Assembly (NCBI GenBank): GCA_028865345.1
Contig: JAGWKL010000001.1
Coordinates: 157,489 to 221,488, forward strand
Reading direction: 5' to 3'
Source: Candidatus Omnitrophota bacterium
Lineage (GTDB): Bacteria > Omnitrophota > Gorgyraeia > Zapsychrales > Fredricksoniimonadaceae
DNA length: 64,000 bases
Shown: positions 47,768 through 55,815 of the stretch, in pieces
How the letters are laid out: each line of letters starts with the position of its first letter
Position numbering within the stretch: the stretch's first letter is position 1
Position numbers and translations under genes: made by a program
Notes under the pieces: model-generated
Database searches by the model: none
Seen by the model: only the letters and a program-made list of their open reading frames with translations
Told to the model about the DNA's origin: nothing

Positions 47768-47844
47768 TGGTGGACTCAGAAGGACTTGAACCTTCGACCT
47801 TCGCCATGTGAGGGCGACGCTCTAACCAGCTGAGCCATGAGTCC
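47768..47844 (-). tRNA. tRNA-Val (anticodon CAC)
   Basis: The minus-strand 77-nt sequence GGACUCAUGGCUCAGCUGGUUAGAGCGUCGCCCUCACAUGGCGAAGGUCGAAGGUUCAAGUCCUUCUGAGUCCACCA folds as a cloverleaf. It has a 7-bp acceptor, a D arm, an anticodon stem UCGCC/GGCGA with loop CUCACAU, a T arm GAAGG-UUCAAGU-CCUUC, and an encoded CCA. Confidence 0.85.
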
Positions 47845-47873
47845 ATAAAATATTTTTTCAGACTAAGTTTTTC

Positions 47874-47901
47874 ATTATAGTATATTTATCATTATACTCA
47901 A
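47874..47901 (-). promoter_or_regulatory. candidate sigma70-type promoter for tRNA-Val
   Basis: Read on the minus strand there is TTGAGT, then 16 nt, then TATAAT, placed about 30 nt upstream of the mature tRNA 5' end. Confidence 0.35.
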
Positions 47902-47954
47902 TGAATTTCTTCTTCGAGGGCCTGTGGCTGGGGCCCGTCCCCAGGCTCGAAGAC

Positions 47955-48629
47955 CTAGAAGCCCCTTTGGAACAGCAGCCGCAAATGCTGCACTTCATTG
48001 AGCGTATACTGCGGCTGGGCCAAGAGACTTTGATCAATAATTTTAGAGGAAGGCATGAACAATTGCAGCACGTACTGGCGTGAGGCGCCGATAAGATTCT
48101 GGATCTCTTTTAAGTCCTCTTCGGAACATAAGGGCCTGACCAGCGTTGTCCTGAACTGATGGCGCAGGCCGCTGTTGATGATCAAATCAATGCTGGATTT
48201 GATGCGGTCGAAGTCAATCTTGATACCGACGGCCTTTCCATAATTGGCCGGAGAAGTCTTTAAGTCCATGGCAATAAAATCCACCAGCTTGCGTTCAATG
48301 ACAGAGGCCAGAACATCAGGATTGCTGCCGTTGGTGTCCAGCTTGACCGCGTAGTGCATGGATTTTAATTGCCTAAGGAAATCCGCCAACCCCTGCTGGA
48401 TGGTAGGCTCCCCGCCGGTGACCACCACTCCTTCCAGGCGGCCTTTGCGTGATTCCAGGAACTCCAGGACCATCGATTCATCAAGCGGTTCCTCAAAGAG
48501 CTTAGGGCATGCCAGCTGGGAATTATAGCAGTAGCCGCAGCGGAAATTACAACCCTGCGTAAAAACAATGGCCGCCATTTTCCCCGGATAATCGATGAGA
48601 GAAAATTGCTGGAATCCCCCTATGCGCAT
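47955..48629 (-). CDS. nrdG: anaerobic ribonucleoside-triphosphate reductase activating protein (radical SAM)
   Basis: Radical-SAM cluster motif CNFRCGYCYN and the NrdG-family core. I take the start at MRIGGFQQF, which overlaps the nrdD stop by about 10 nt. Confidence 0.8.
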   Translation of the reverse strand: MRIGGFQQFSLIDYPGKMAAIVFTQGCNFRCGYCYNSQLACPKLFEEPLDESMVLEFLESRKGRLEGVVVTGGEPTIQQGLADFLRQLKSMHYAVKLDTNGSNPDVLASVIERKLVDFIAMDLKTSPANYGKAVGIKIDFDRIKSSIDLIINSGLRHQFRTTLVRPLCSEEDLKEIQNLIGASRQYVLQLFMPSSKIIDQSLLAQPQYTLNEVQHLRLLFQRGF

Positions 48630-50722
48630 AAATGGTAGGTCGCGCGCTTCTTGAACTCCTCCTTCTTGCCCTTGTTCCATTGCTTGACCGGCCGCAAATA
48701 CCCCACAACACGGGAATAGACCTCACATTCGCAACCGCACGTCCCGCACTCCGGATGTTCCCCGGCCAGATAGCCGCAGCTCGGGCAGACACTGAAGGTG
48801 GGCGTGATGGTAAAGTACGGCAAACGGTATTGCTGGCAAATACAACGCACCAGGCTCTTTAACGCCGTCGCATCAATGATGCGCTCTCCCACAAAACCAT
48901 GCAATACCGTGCCGCCGGTATAAAGCGTTTGCAGGGCATCCTGATGGTCCAATGCCTCGAAAATATCGTCGGTATGCTCCACCGGCAAATGGGTGGAGTT
49001 GGAATAAAACGGCTCATGCCCCTGTGTATAACGCTCTTCGTTGGCGCAGATGATATCAGGAAACATCCCCTTGTCCAATTTCGCCAGACTGTAGGAGGTC
49101 CCTTCGGCCGGTGTGGCCTCCAAGTTATAAATATTACCCGTCTCCTTCTGGTAATCCAATAATTTGTTTCTCATGAATTCCAGCACGCGCACGGCGAAAT
49201 CTTTGCCCTGGGGGCCGGAGATATTCTGGCCCAACAAATTCAAGCAGGCCTCATTCATCCCCAAAAGACCGATGGTCGAAAAGTGGTTTTTCCAATACTG
49301 GTCAAAACGTTTCTTGATATTGCGCAGATAGAACTTGATATACGGATATAAATTCTCCTCGGTAAACTGCTCCAGCACCTTGCGCTTGATCTCCAGGCTT
49401 TGCCTGGCCAGGTCCATTTTCTCTGCCAGCATCGCTAAAAATTCAGTTTCGTCCTTTGCCAAGTACCCGAGACGCGGCAGGTTGATGGTGACGACTCCTA
49501 TGGAGCCGGTCAACGGTGAGGCCCCGAACAGCCCCCCGCCCCGGCTGCGCAGCTCGCGGTTGTCCAGACGCAGGCGGCAGCACATGCTGCGCGCGTCCTC
49601 GGGGCTCATATCGGAATTGATAAAATTCGAAAAATACGGAATACCGTATTTGGCCGTCATCTCCCAGAGCAGGCCCAGGTTGGGGTTGTCCCAGTCAAAA
49701 TCCTTGGTCATATTATACGTCGGGATGGGAAAGGTGAACACGCGGCCTTTGGCATCCCCGGCAAGCATTGCCTCAAGAAAAGCCTTATTGAACATGTCGA
49801 GCTCTTTTTGGAATTCACCGTAGGTCTCTTTTTGTACCTGGCCGCCGATGATGACGCCCTGATGGACGAAATAGCTGGGAACGGTCAAATCCATGGTGAT
49901 ATTGGTAAACGGCGTCTGGAAACCGACGCGGGTGGGCACATTGATATTGAATACGAATTCCTGCAGGACCTGCTTGACGCCTTCATAAGAAAGCCCATCG
50001 TAACGGATGAAGGGGGCCAAGAGCGTGTCAAAATTCGAAAAGGCCTGGGCGCCGGCGGCTTCCCCTTGCAACGTATAGAAAAAATTGATGATCTGCCCCA
50101 GTGCCGTGCGCAAATGCTTGGCCGGTTTGCTTTCCATTTTCCCTGAAACGCCCTTGAAGCCCTGGATCAACAGATCCTGCAAATCCCAACCCACGCAATA
50201 AACACTGAGCAGCCCCAGATCATGGATATGAAAATCGCCGTTTTGGTGCGCTTCCTTGACAGGAACAGGATAGATTTTGTTCAACCAGTAAATTTTGCTG
50301 ACCTCGGATGAGATATAGTGATTTAACCCCTGAAGGGAGTAGGCCATATTGCTGTTCTCATTGACGCGCCAGTCGTTCTGCCGCAGGTATTGGTCCACGA
50401 GGTCGGTGTTGAATTTTGAGGCGATGGCGCGCATCTCGGCATGCTGCTGGCGGTAAAGGATATAGGCCTTGGTGGTTTTGCGGTAGGGGGAAGAAATCAG
50501 GACATCCTCGACAATGTCCTGGATATTTTCCACCGTCGGACTCTCGGGGAACATCTGCTGGGCGATGTTGACCACCCTGACCGCGAGCTTTTGGGCGACT
50601 TCCAGATCAAATTCTCCGGTGGCCTGTCCGGCTTTGGCGATCGCCCGGACGATCTTCTGAGGGTCAAAATTTTCTGATTTCCCATTGCGTTTGACAATCG
50701 TGGTAAACAAGCTGACAGCCAT
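48620..50722 (-). CDS. nrdD: anaerobic ribonucleoside-triphosphate reductase (class III), glycyl-radical enzyme
   Basis: 700 aa. The N-terminal ATP-cone is MAVSLFTTIVKRNGKSENFDPQKIVRAI. The C-terminal Zn-ribbon is CPSCGY...CGTCGCEC. The glycyl-radical motif is SRVVGYLRPV. Confidence 0.9.
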   Translation of the reverse strand: MAVSLFTTIVKRNGKSENFDPQKIVRAIAKAGQATGEFDLEVAQKLAVRVVNIAQQMFPESPTVENIQDIVEDVLISSPYRKTTKAYILYRQQHAEMRAIASKFNTDLVDQYLRQNDWRVNENSNMAYSLQGLNHYISSEVSKIYWLNKIYPVPVKEAHQNGDFHIHDLGLLSVYCVGWDLQDLLIQGFKGVSGKMESKPAKHLRTALGQIINFFYTLQGEAAGAQAFSNFDTLLAPFIRYDGLSYEGVKQVLQEFVFNINVPTRVGFQTPFTNITMDLTVPSYFVHQGVIIGGQVQKETYGEFQKELDMFNKAFLEAMLAGDAKGRVFTFPIPTYNMTKDFDWDNPNLGLLWEMTAKYGIPYFSNFINSDMSPEDARSMCCRLRLDNRELRSRGGGLFGASPLTGSIGVVTINLPRLGYLAKDETEFLAMLAEKMDLARQSLEIKRKVLEQFTEENLYPYIKFYLRNIKKRFDQYWKNHFSTIGLLGMNEACLNLLGQNISGPQGKDFAVRVLEFMRNKLLDYQKETGNIYNLEATPAEGTSYSLAKLDKGMFPDIICANEERYTQGHEPFYSNSTHLPVEHTDDIFEALDHQDALQTLYTGGTVLHGFVGERIIDATALKSLVRCICQQYRLPYFTITPTFSVCPSCGYLAGEHPECGTCGCECEVYSRVVGYLRPVKQWNKGKKEEFKKRATYHLCA

Positions 50723-50774
50723 CTTTTACCCTCCTTAGTAAATAAAGCAGTTTGCCTCTTGGCCTTAATCCCGC

Positions 50775-51008
50775 CTAAATCTCAAAAACTTCGTTTCCTT
50801 TGCATAATTCGTCTTCCACCAGTTTCTTGGCTTGCTGCCAGTCCTCCTGGTCATGCCCGTGCTGGCCGCCCCGATTCTCATAAAGCTCGTACGCCTTCTT
50901 TTCTATCATTTTGATGTAGGTCTCAAAATTGAGGATGGAACTTTTAGTCTGCGGCTTGGGCTTAACGCTCTCGATGGCTTTTTTGACTCTCTTGTCGATG
51001 ACCTTCAT
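50775..51008 (-). CDS. DUF2934-like small protein (77 aa)
   Basis: The C-terminal half IEKKAYELYENRGGQHGHDQEDWQQAKKLVE matches the DUF2934 signature as I recall it. An AAAAAGGAG SD lies upstream. It sits between the candidate NrdR boxes and nrdD. Confidence 0.45.
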   Translation of the reverse strand: MKVIDKRVKKAIESVKPKPQTKSSILNFETYIKMIEKKAYELYENRGGQHGHDQEDWQQAKKLVEDELCKGNEVFEI

Positions 51009-51062
51009 GACCGTTCTCCTTTTTTAATAAAGCACTACCTGTTGATAATAGGAGATGGTATG

Positions 51063-51108
51063 ACCACTACATATTGTGGTTAATCTTAATACCACCCCTT
51101 GACGTGGT
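51063..51108 (-). promoter_or_regulatory. candidate tandem NrdR boxes upstream of the DUF2934-nrdD-nrdG unit
   Basis: Read on the minus strand there are two ACCAC-N8-GTGGT palindromes 28 bp apart. ACCACAATATGTAGTGGT is a close match to the NrdR-box consensus acaCwAtATaTwGtgt. ACCACGTCAAGGGGTGGT is more degenerate. Confidence 0.45.
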
Positions 51109-51120
51109 AAATCAGTACAA

Positions 51121-51140
51121 CTACGTAGAAAACTACGTAG
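51121..51140 (-). terminator. possible intrinsic terminator of the cytochrome operon
   Basis: Two copies of the self-complementary octamer CTACGTAG separated by AAAA, 3 nt after the TAA of the 19-haem gene. The transcript would form an 8-bp hairpin (CUACGUAG-UUUU-CUACGUAG) followed by UUGUACUGAUUU. Confidence 0.4.
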
Positions 51141-51143
51141 GCC

Positions 51144-53933
51144 TTATTTGTACCCGAAGATCATGGTAAAAATAATGCACACGACCAAAACGAGCCCAAG
51201 GCTCAGGGCCGTCCAGCCGAAGATCCGGATGGCCAGAATTTTCCCCGGCGACAAAGGCTCTGCCAAATTCTTTTCGAGTTCGCCGCGGGCGACCAAGGCT
51301 TCATATTCCTTGGGCCGTTCGCGCTTTAAATCCTCGATGGACATGCGTCCGGTAAAGATCACCGTGTCCATAGGAAATTTCTCCGGCCTGAAATGGGTGT
51401 TGAAGAAATGCACCGTAAAAATAAACCCGGCAGCCAGCAAAGCCTCATCGCTGTGGACGATGGTGGCCACATTGATGACCCATCCGGGCAATACATGCGT
51501 GAAGGCTTCGGGAAACCAAAGCATCAATCCCGAGGTACCGATGACCATGACCCCCCAAAGCACGGCAAAATAATCAAATTTTTCCCAATATGTCCACCGC
51601 CCGTATTGCGGATATGGCCCTTTGCCCATGTACCATTTCACTGTGACTAAGAATTCACGCCAGTCTTTTTTTGTAAAAAGAATGGTATCGGGTCCGAAAA
51701 GCATCTCTTTGAAACTTCTTTTCTCAAGTCGTTTTTGGAGAAAGACCTGCCTCAAATGCGCAAAGAAGATGCCCAAAAGGGTCACCGCGGCACAACGGTG
51801 CAGGAACCCTGAAACCGCATAGCCGCCCAAAAGCTTCGAGATGAACAGCGCCCACGGCGTGTACGAAAATTTCAGCGTCATACCGGTGATCGTCAAGGTC
51901 AGGAAGCTGCAGATCATGATGATATGGAGGACCCGGTAAAATACAGGGAAACGCACATATTGTTTTTCCGTCGAGACAATATGTTTTTGAGGATAAAGCC
52001 TTCTCATTTCCAGGGATTTGGGCAGCCACAAAAGCGTATGGAAAAGGCTGACGCTGAATGTCCCCACCAGTAAAGCGGTCATGGCCCAAAAAGTCCAGAA
52101 TATCCAAGGGTATTTCTTGGGGTCATGGTGGGTGGCGTGGGTCAAATAACCGGCAAAACGCCTGTTGGCGCCCGCGTGGCACTTTTGACATGTATGGACG
52201 ATGTTCCAGTAACTCAAGGTCGATCGGGGATCTGTCACAGGAAAGATCTCATGGGACCCGTGGCAATCCTGGCATTTAGCGGCTTTCGCATACCCGAGTT
52301 TAGAAATTTTTCCATGCACAGTCTGGAAATAGGTCGAGGCGATCGCCTGATGGCATTTGCCGCACGTATTCATAATATCGAATCTAAAGGCGTTCTCGTC
52401 CGTCCTTTTAATGGTGTGCGCGGTATGACAATCATTGCAGGCAGGCAGTCGGGCCGAATCCTTGTGCCGGCCTATGGCATGGACGCTTTTCATGTACTTT
52501 TCATAAACGCCCTGATGGCATTGGGAGCAGGTCCTGGCAATGTTCCTGCGGTTCACGGTGGACCGCGGATCAGCGGCGGGCAGTTGTTCGTGGGCGGTGT
52601 GACAGCTGACACAGGTGGCGGCCACGACCAGCCCGCTTTCCAAAAGCCCCTGGCCATGGATGCTTTCAATGTAATTCGTGGTGATATTATGTTCCGGGCC
52701 TTTGTAAAGTACCGCCGCCTTATGACCTTCCCTGTGGCAGCGGGCGCAAAGAGCAGGGATATTGGTCGGATAGGTGGGCGACCTGATGTCCTTGTGGGAC
52801 AAAATTCCGTGGGTGCCGTGGCATACCCTGCACGACGGGGCATTAGGATTTCCCTGGCTCCATAATTTCCCGTGCGTCCCTCGCCGGTACGCCGCCACTT
52901 GTTGGCTGTGGCAGATGGAACAATCCACTCTTTTAGTGATCGTCTCACAGGGCCGGGTGTGGGAGGCAGAGACCTGGGTATGGCACTGGGCGCAGGCGAC
53001 CTTGGCATGGACTGAACCGTTGAATTGCTGTTCGTCGATGAAAAGCGACCGGTGGTCTTTGGAAGAGACGATTGTTTTCTTGCCGTGGCAGGTCAGGCAA
53101 TCTTGGTTGGCTTCTCCCATTGGATAATAGACCCGGCGTATCTTGTGGGGCTGGTGGCAATCCACGCACACAGGGATGACCTGCGGGTTCTTTTCCCATA
53201 ACTTGCCGTTGATGATCTTGCGATGGACACGCTCAATCTGGCTGTGGCATTGCAGGCAGGTCTTGACGATGTTGGCACGGGCAATGGACGAACGCGGGTC
53301 GGTGAAAGGAAGAATATCATGGGCCCGATGACAGGAGGCGCAGGTAGCGGTGACGTTGAGCCCTTTTTTAAGAAGAGCCTCCCCGTGCATGCTGTCGGAG
53401 TAATTTTCCAATATATGCTTCTCGGGGATCTGCCTTTGTTGCGAAACCGGCTTGCCCTCGCTATGGCAGGAACCGCAGACAAAAGGAATGTGAAACGGCG
53501 CCACCGTCGAATTTGGGTCTTTTACGGGAAGAATATAGTGGTTGCCGTGGCAATTGAAGCATTCCGGGGCCAGTTTGTCCCCGCGTGCCCGTGCCCGGCC
53601 GTGAATGCTGTCGGAAAACAGCGCCTCCTGCCGTGTGTGGCAGCGCCCGCAATCCACCAGGGCCACTGCCGTCTTATGCGGGAAATCACTGCCGACTAAA
53701 TCCGTATGACAATCCGTACAAAGTTGTTTGCCGTGAACAGACGCCTGGAATTTATCCTGGTCAACGAACGGCGCCTGGGTCGCATCTCCATGGCAGGCCA
53801 GACAATCGTCATTGGTCGCAGCGCTTTTGACGGCCGCAGGAGGACTTGCGGGGGCGCTCTGGGCATGAACGGTCCATGGTACGGTCAGCAGTACCAGTAT
53901 AAGAATAAAAGATTTTGGAATTCGGACGCCCAT
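51144..53933 (-). CDS. fusion of a periplasmic 19-haem cytochrome c domain with a C-terminal polytopic dihaem cytochrome-b-type membrane domain (CbcL-like architecture)
   Basis: The start is taken at MGVRIPKSFILILVLLTVPWTVHA, the signal-peptide Met at 53933; the ORF-track N-terminus overlaps the upstream gene. There are 19 CxxCH motifs, from CLACH to CQKCH. About 6 C-terminal TM helices carry intramembrane His (FHTLL, LHII, FLHRC, FAHL, IVHSD, TVHFF), as in HydC/FdnI/PhsC-type cytochrome b. Confidence 0.8.
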   Translation of the reverse strand: MGVRIPKSFILILVLLTVPWTVHAQSAPASPPAAVKSAATNDDCLACHGDATQAPFVDQDKFQASVHGKQLCTDCHTDLVGSDFPHKTAVALVDCGRCHTRQEALFSDSIHGRARARGDKLAPECFNCHGNHYILPVKDPNSTVAPFHIPFVCGSCHSEGKPVSQQRQIPEKHILENYSDSMHGEALLKKGLNVTATCASCHRAHDILPFTDPRSSIARANIVKTCLQCHSQIERVHRKIINGKLWEKNPQVIPVCVDCHQPHKIRRVYYPMGEANQDCLTCHGKKTIVSSKDHRSLFIDEQQFNGSVHAKVACAQCHTQVSASHTRPCETITKRVDCSICHSQQVAAYRRGTHGKLWSQGNPNAPSCRVCHGTHGILSHKDIRSPTYPTNIPALCARCHREGHKAAVLYKGPEHNITTNYIESIHGQGLLESGLVVAATCVSCHTAHEQLPAADPRSTVNRRNIARTCSQCHQGVYEKYMKSVHAIGRHKDSARLPACNDCHTAHTIKRTDENAFRFDIMNTCGKCHQAIASTYFQTVHGKISKLGYAKAAKCQDCHGSHEIFPVTDPRSTLSYWNIVHTCQKCHAGANRRFAGYLTHATHHDPKKYPWIFWTFWAMTALLVGTFSVSLFHTLLWLPKSLEMRRLYPQKHIVSTEKQYVRFPVFYRVLHIIMICSFLTLTITGMTLKFSYTPWALFISKLLGGYAVSGFLHRCAAVTLLGIFFAHLRQVFLQKRLEKRSFKEMLFGPDTILFTKKDWREFLVTVKWYMGKGPYPQYGRWTYWEKFDYFAVLWGVMVIGTSGLMLWFPEAFTHVLPGWVINVATIVHSDEALLAAGFIFTVHFFNTHFRPEKFPMDTVIFTGRMSIEDLKRERPKEYEALVARGELEKNLAEPLSPGKILAIRIFGWTALSLGLVLVVCIIFTMIFGYK

Positions 53934-53935
53934 AC

Positions 53936-55759
53936 CTAATCTCTGCTGCGGCCATGAAGCCACGACCAATTGCCCGGATAAACATCGGGATCGAAAATGA
54001 CGAAATATCCGTGCCAGATGATAATGGTGACACAGGCCAGAATGGCCTCGTACAAATGGACCGTCCTGACCACATCATAAAACCATTTGGGAAACATCCT
54101 TAAAAACCAAACTTCACTGAACATCAATACACCGGTCGCCACCATCACCAGGGAACCCCACAGCAGGGCCCAGTACTCTAATTTCTGCACATAACTATAA
54201 ACACCGTCGGGCTTTGGCTTGTCTTTACACCGGCCGAAATAATATTGGAAGCCCTGAAAAAGCTGTGTAAAATCCTCTTTTCTGATGCTTAAAGCTTTTA
54301 ACTGCCAGAGGCCTTTTTTCGTGAAAAACAAATAATAGAGGTGATAGAGTGCCAGGGCACAAAATACAAGGCCTGTGCCGCGATGCCCCCATCTCAACCA
54401 GTCATTGTGCCCGAAAAACATGAAGGACCACCAGGTTTGCGGGTACTTCAGGGAAAACCCGGTGTAGGCCAAAATGATAAAGGTCGCCGTTAAAATAAAA
54501 TGCTGACATCGTTCATTGAAACCCATGCACTCCCTGCCCTGCTGCAGAGAATGGCGGTAATGCGCCGCAGCTTTCTTGGAAAAATCAAGAACGTTATGCA
54601 ATAAGAGAATGCCCGAGACAAAAAAGATCAGGAAAACATAAAAGCACCGCACCCAATCGTTGACAGGATTGCCTCCGTTCTTAAGCCCCCCATGGACCAA
54701 ACCTTGCGCCACCCGCGCCCCGATGCCCGGGTGGCATTGACCGCAGGTCTTCTCCAGGTTCCTGGGGTTGATCGTCGAACGCGGATCCGATGACGGAAGG
54801 ATCTCATGCGCCCCGTGGCAGGACGCGCAATTGGCCGCGGTCAGCGTCCCCTGCTGCATCGCAAGACCGTGATAGCTTTGCATATAGCTACCCAATACAT
54901 TGCCGGGAAGGCCGTAGGCGGCATTGATGCGTTGGGCTGCATGGCATTGACCGCAGGTCTGCGGGATGTTCGCCGAGGAGACCATCGACGATGCCCTTTG
55001 GACCGCTTCGATGTTGTGCTCTCCATGGCAATCGGTACAGACAGGGGTGTCCCTGCTGCCCGCGGCCAATGCCTGCCCGTGGATTCCGCGAGCATACTGC
55101 TTGTATTCTTCCTTATGGCACTTACCGCAAGTCTCGGGGATATTGACCCAGTATAAGCGGGACAATCTATTGGCGGGCTTATTAATGTCGTGCGCCCCAT
55201 GGCAATCGCTGCACACGGCGGCCTTCATGTCCGTCCCTTTTTGAAACTCAAGCCCGTGAACGCTCTTCAAATAGGTCTTGCCTTCCTTGGTCAAAAGAGC
55301 GCTGTGTAGTTTCTGATGGCATCCCGAGCACGTGAGAGGGATGTTCTTGCGGTTGACCGGTGAACGAGGGTCATCGGCCTCTAATATCGCGTGAGGGTCC
55401 CCGTGGCAGGCCGTGCAGGAAGTCTCCGACGAAAAGACTGCGGCCATGCCCCTGGCATGGTCGCTGCGGCTAACGCCCAAGGCTTCTTTCTCATGACAAA
55501 CGGCGCAATCGACTTTTCGGAGTTTGTCAGCGTGAGGAAGCCCCTTGATGTCCTTATGGCAATCGATGCAGTCTAACGTTTGATGGACAGAATTGTTAAA
55601 GGCCTTTGGGTCAATAGCCGGGGCATTGTCCGCATGGCAGCTAAGGCAATCCTGGTTGGTCAGCTTAACTGGCGCTTGGGGAGCTTGCTGGGCCGTGGCA
55701 CAAACGCTCACCAGAACCGATAAAAAAAAGGTCCCTGAAAGACCTATGGTGTTTTTCAT
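53936..55759 (-). CDS. paralogous fusion of an 11-haem cytochrome c with a cytochrome-b-type membrane domain
   Basis: Signal peptide MKNTIGLSGTFFLSVLVSVCATAQQ; the start is taken there, and the ORF-track start at 55843 overlaps the upstream gene. There are 11 CxxCH motifs, then a C-terminal 5-6 TM domain homologous in pattern to that of the 19-haem protein (WVRCFYVFLIFFVSG..., His in TMs). Confidence 0.8.
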   Translation of the reverse strand: MKNTIGLSGTFFLSVLVSVCATAQQAPQAPVKLTNQDCLSCHADNAPAIDPKAFNNSVHQTLDCIDCHKDIKGLPHADKLRKVDCAVCHEKEALGVSRSDHARGMAAVFSSETSCTACHGDPHAILEADDPRSPVNRKNIPLTCSGCHQKLHSALLTKEGKTYLKSVHGLEFQKGTDMKAAVCSDCHGAHDINKPANRLSRLYWVNIPETCGKCHKEEYKQYARGIHGQALAAGSRDTPVCTDCHGEHNIEAVQRASSMVSSANIPQTCGQCHAAQRINAAYGLPGNVLGSYMQSYHGLAMQQGTLTAANCASCHGAHEILPSSDPRSTINPRNLEKTCGQCHPGIGARVAQGLVHGGLKNGGNPVNDWVRCFYVFLIFFVSGILLLHNVLDFSKKAAAHYRHSLQQGRECMGFNERCQHFILTATFIILAYTGFSLKYPQTWWSFMFFGHNDWLRWGHRGTGLVFCALALYHLYYLFFTKKGLWQLKALSIRKEDFTQLFQGFQYYFGRCKDKPKPDGVYSYVQKLEYWALLWGSLVMVATGVLMFSEVWFLRMFPKWFYDVVRTVHLYEAILACVTIIIWHGYFVIFDPDVYPGNWSWLHGRSRD

Positions 55760-55815
55760 CAAACCGCTAACCGTCATATGCGCCCGTAAATAATCCCAGA
55801 CGTATGCCGCCTGTT

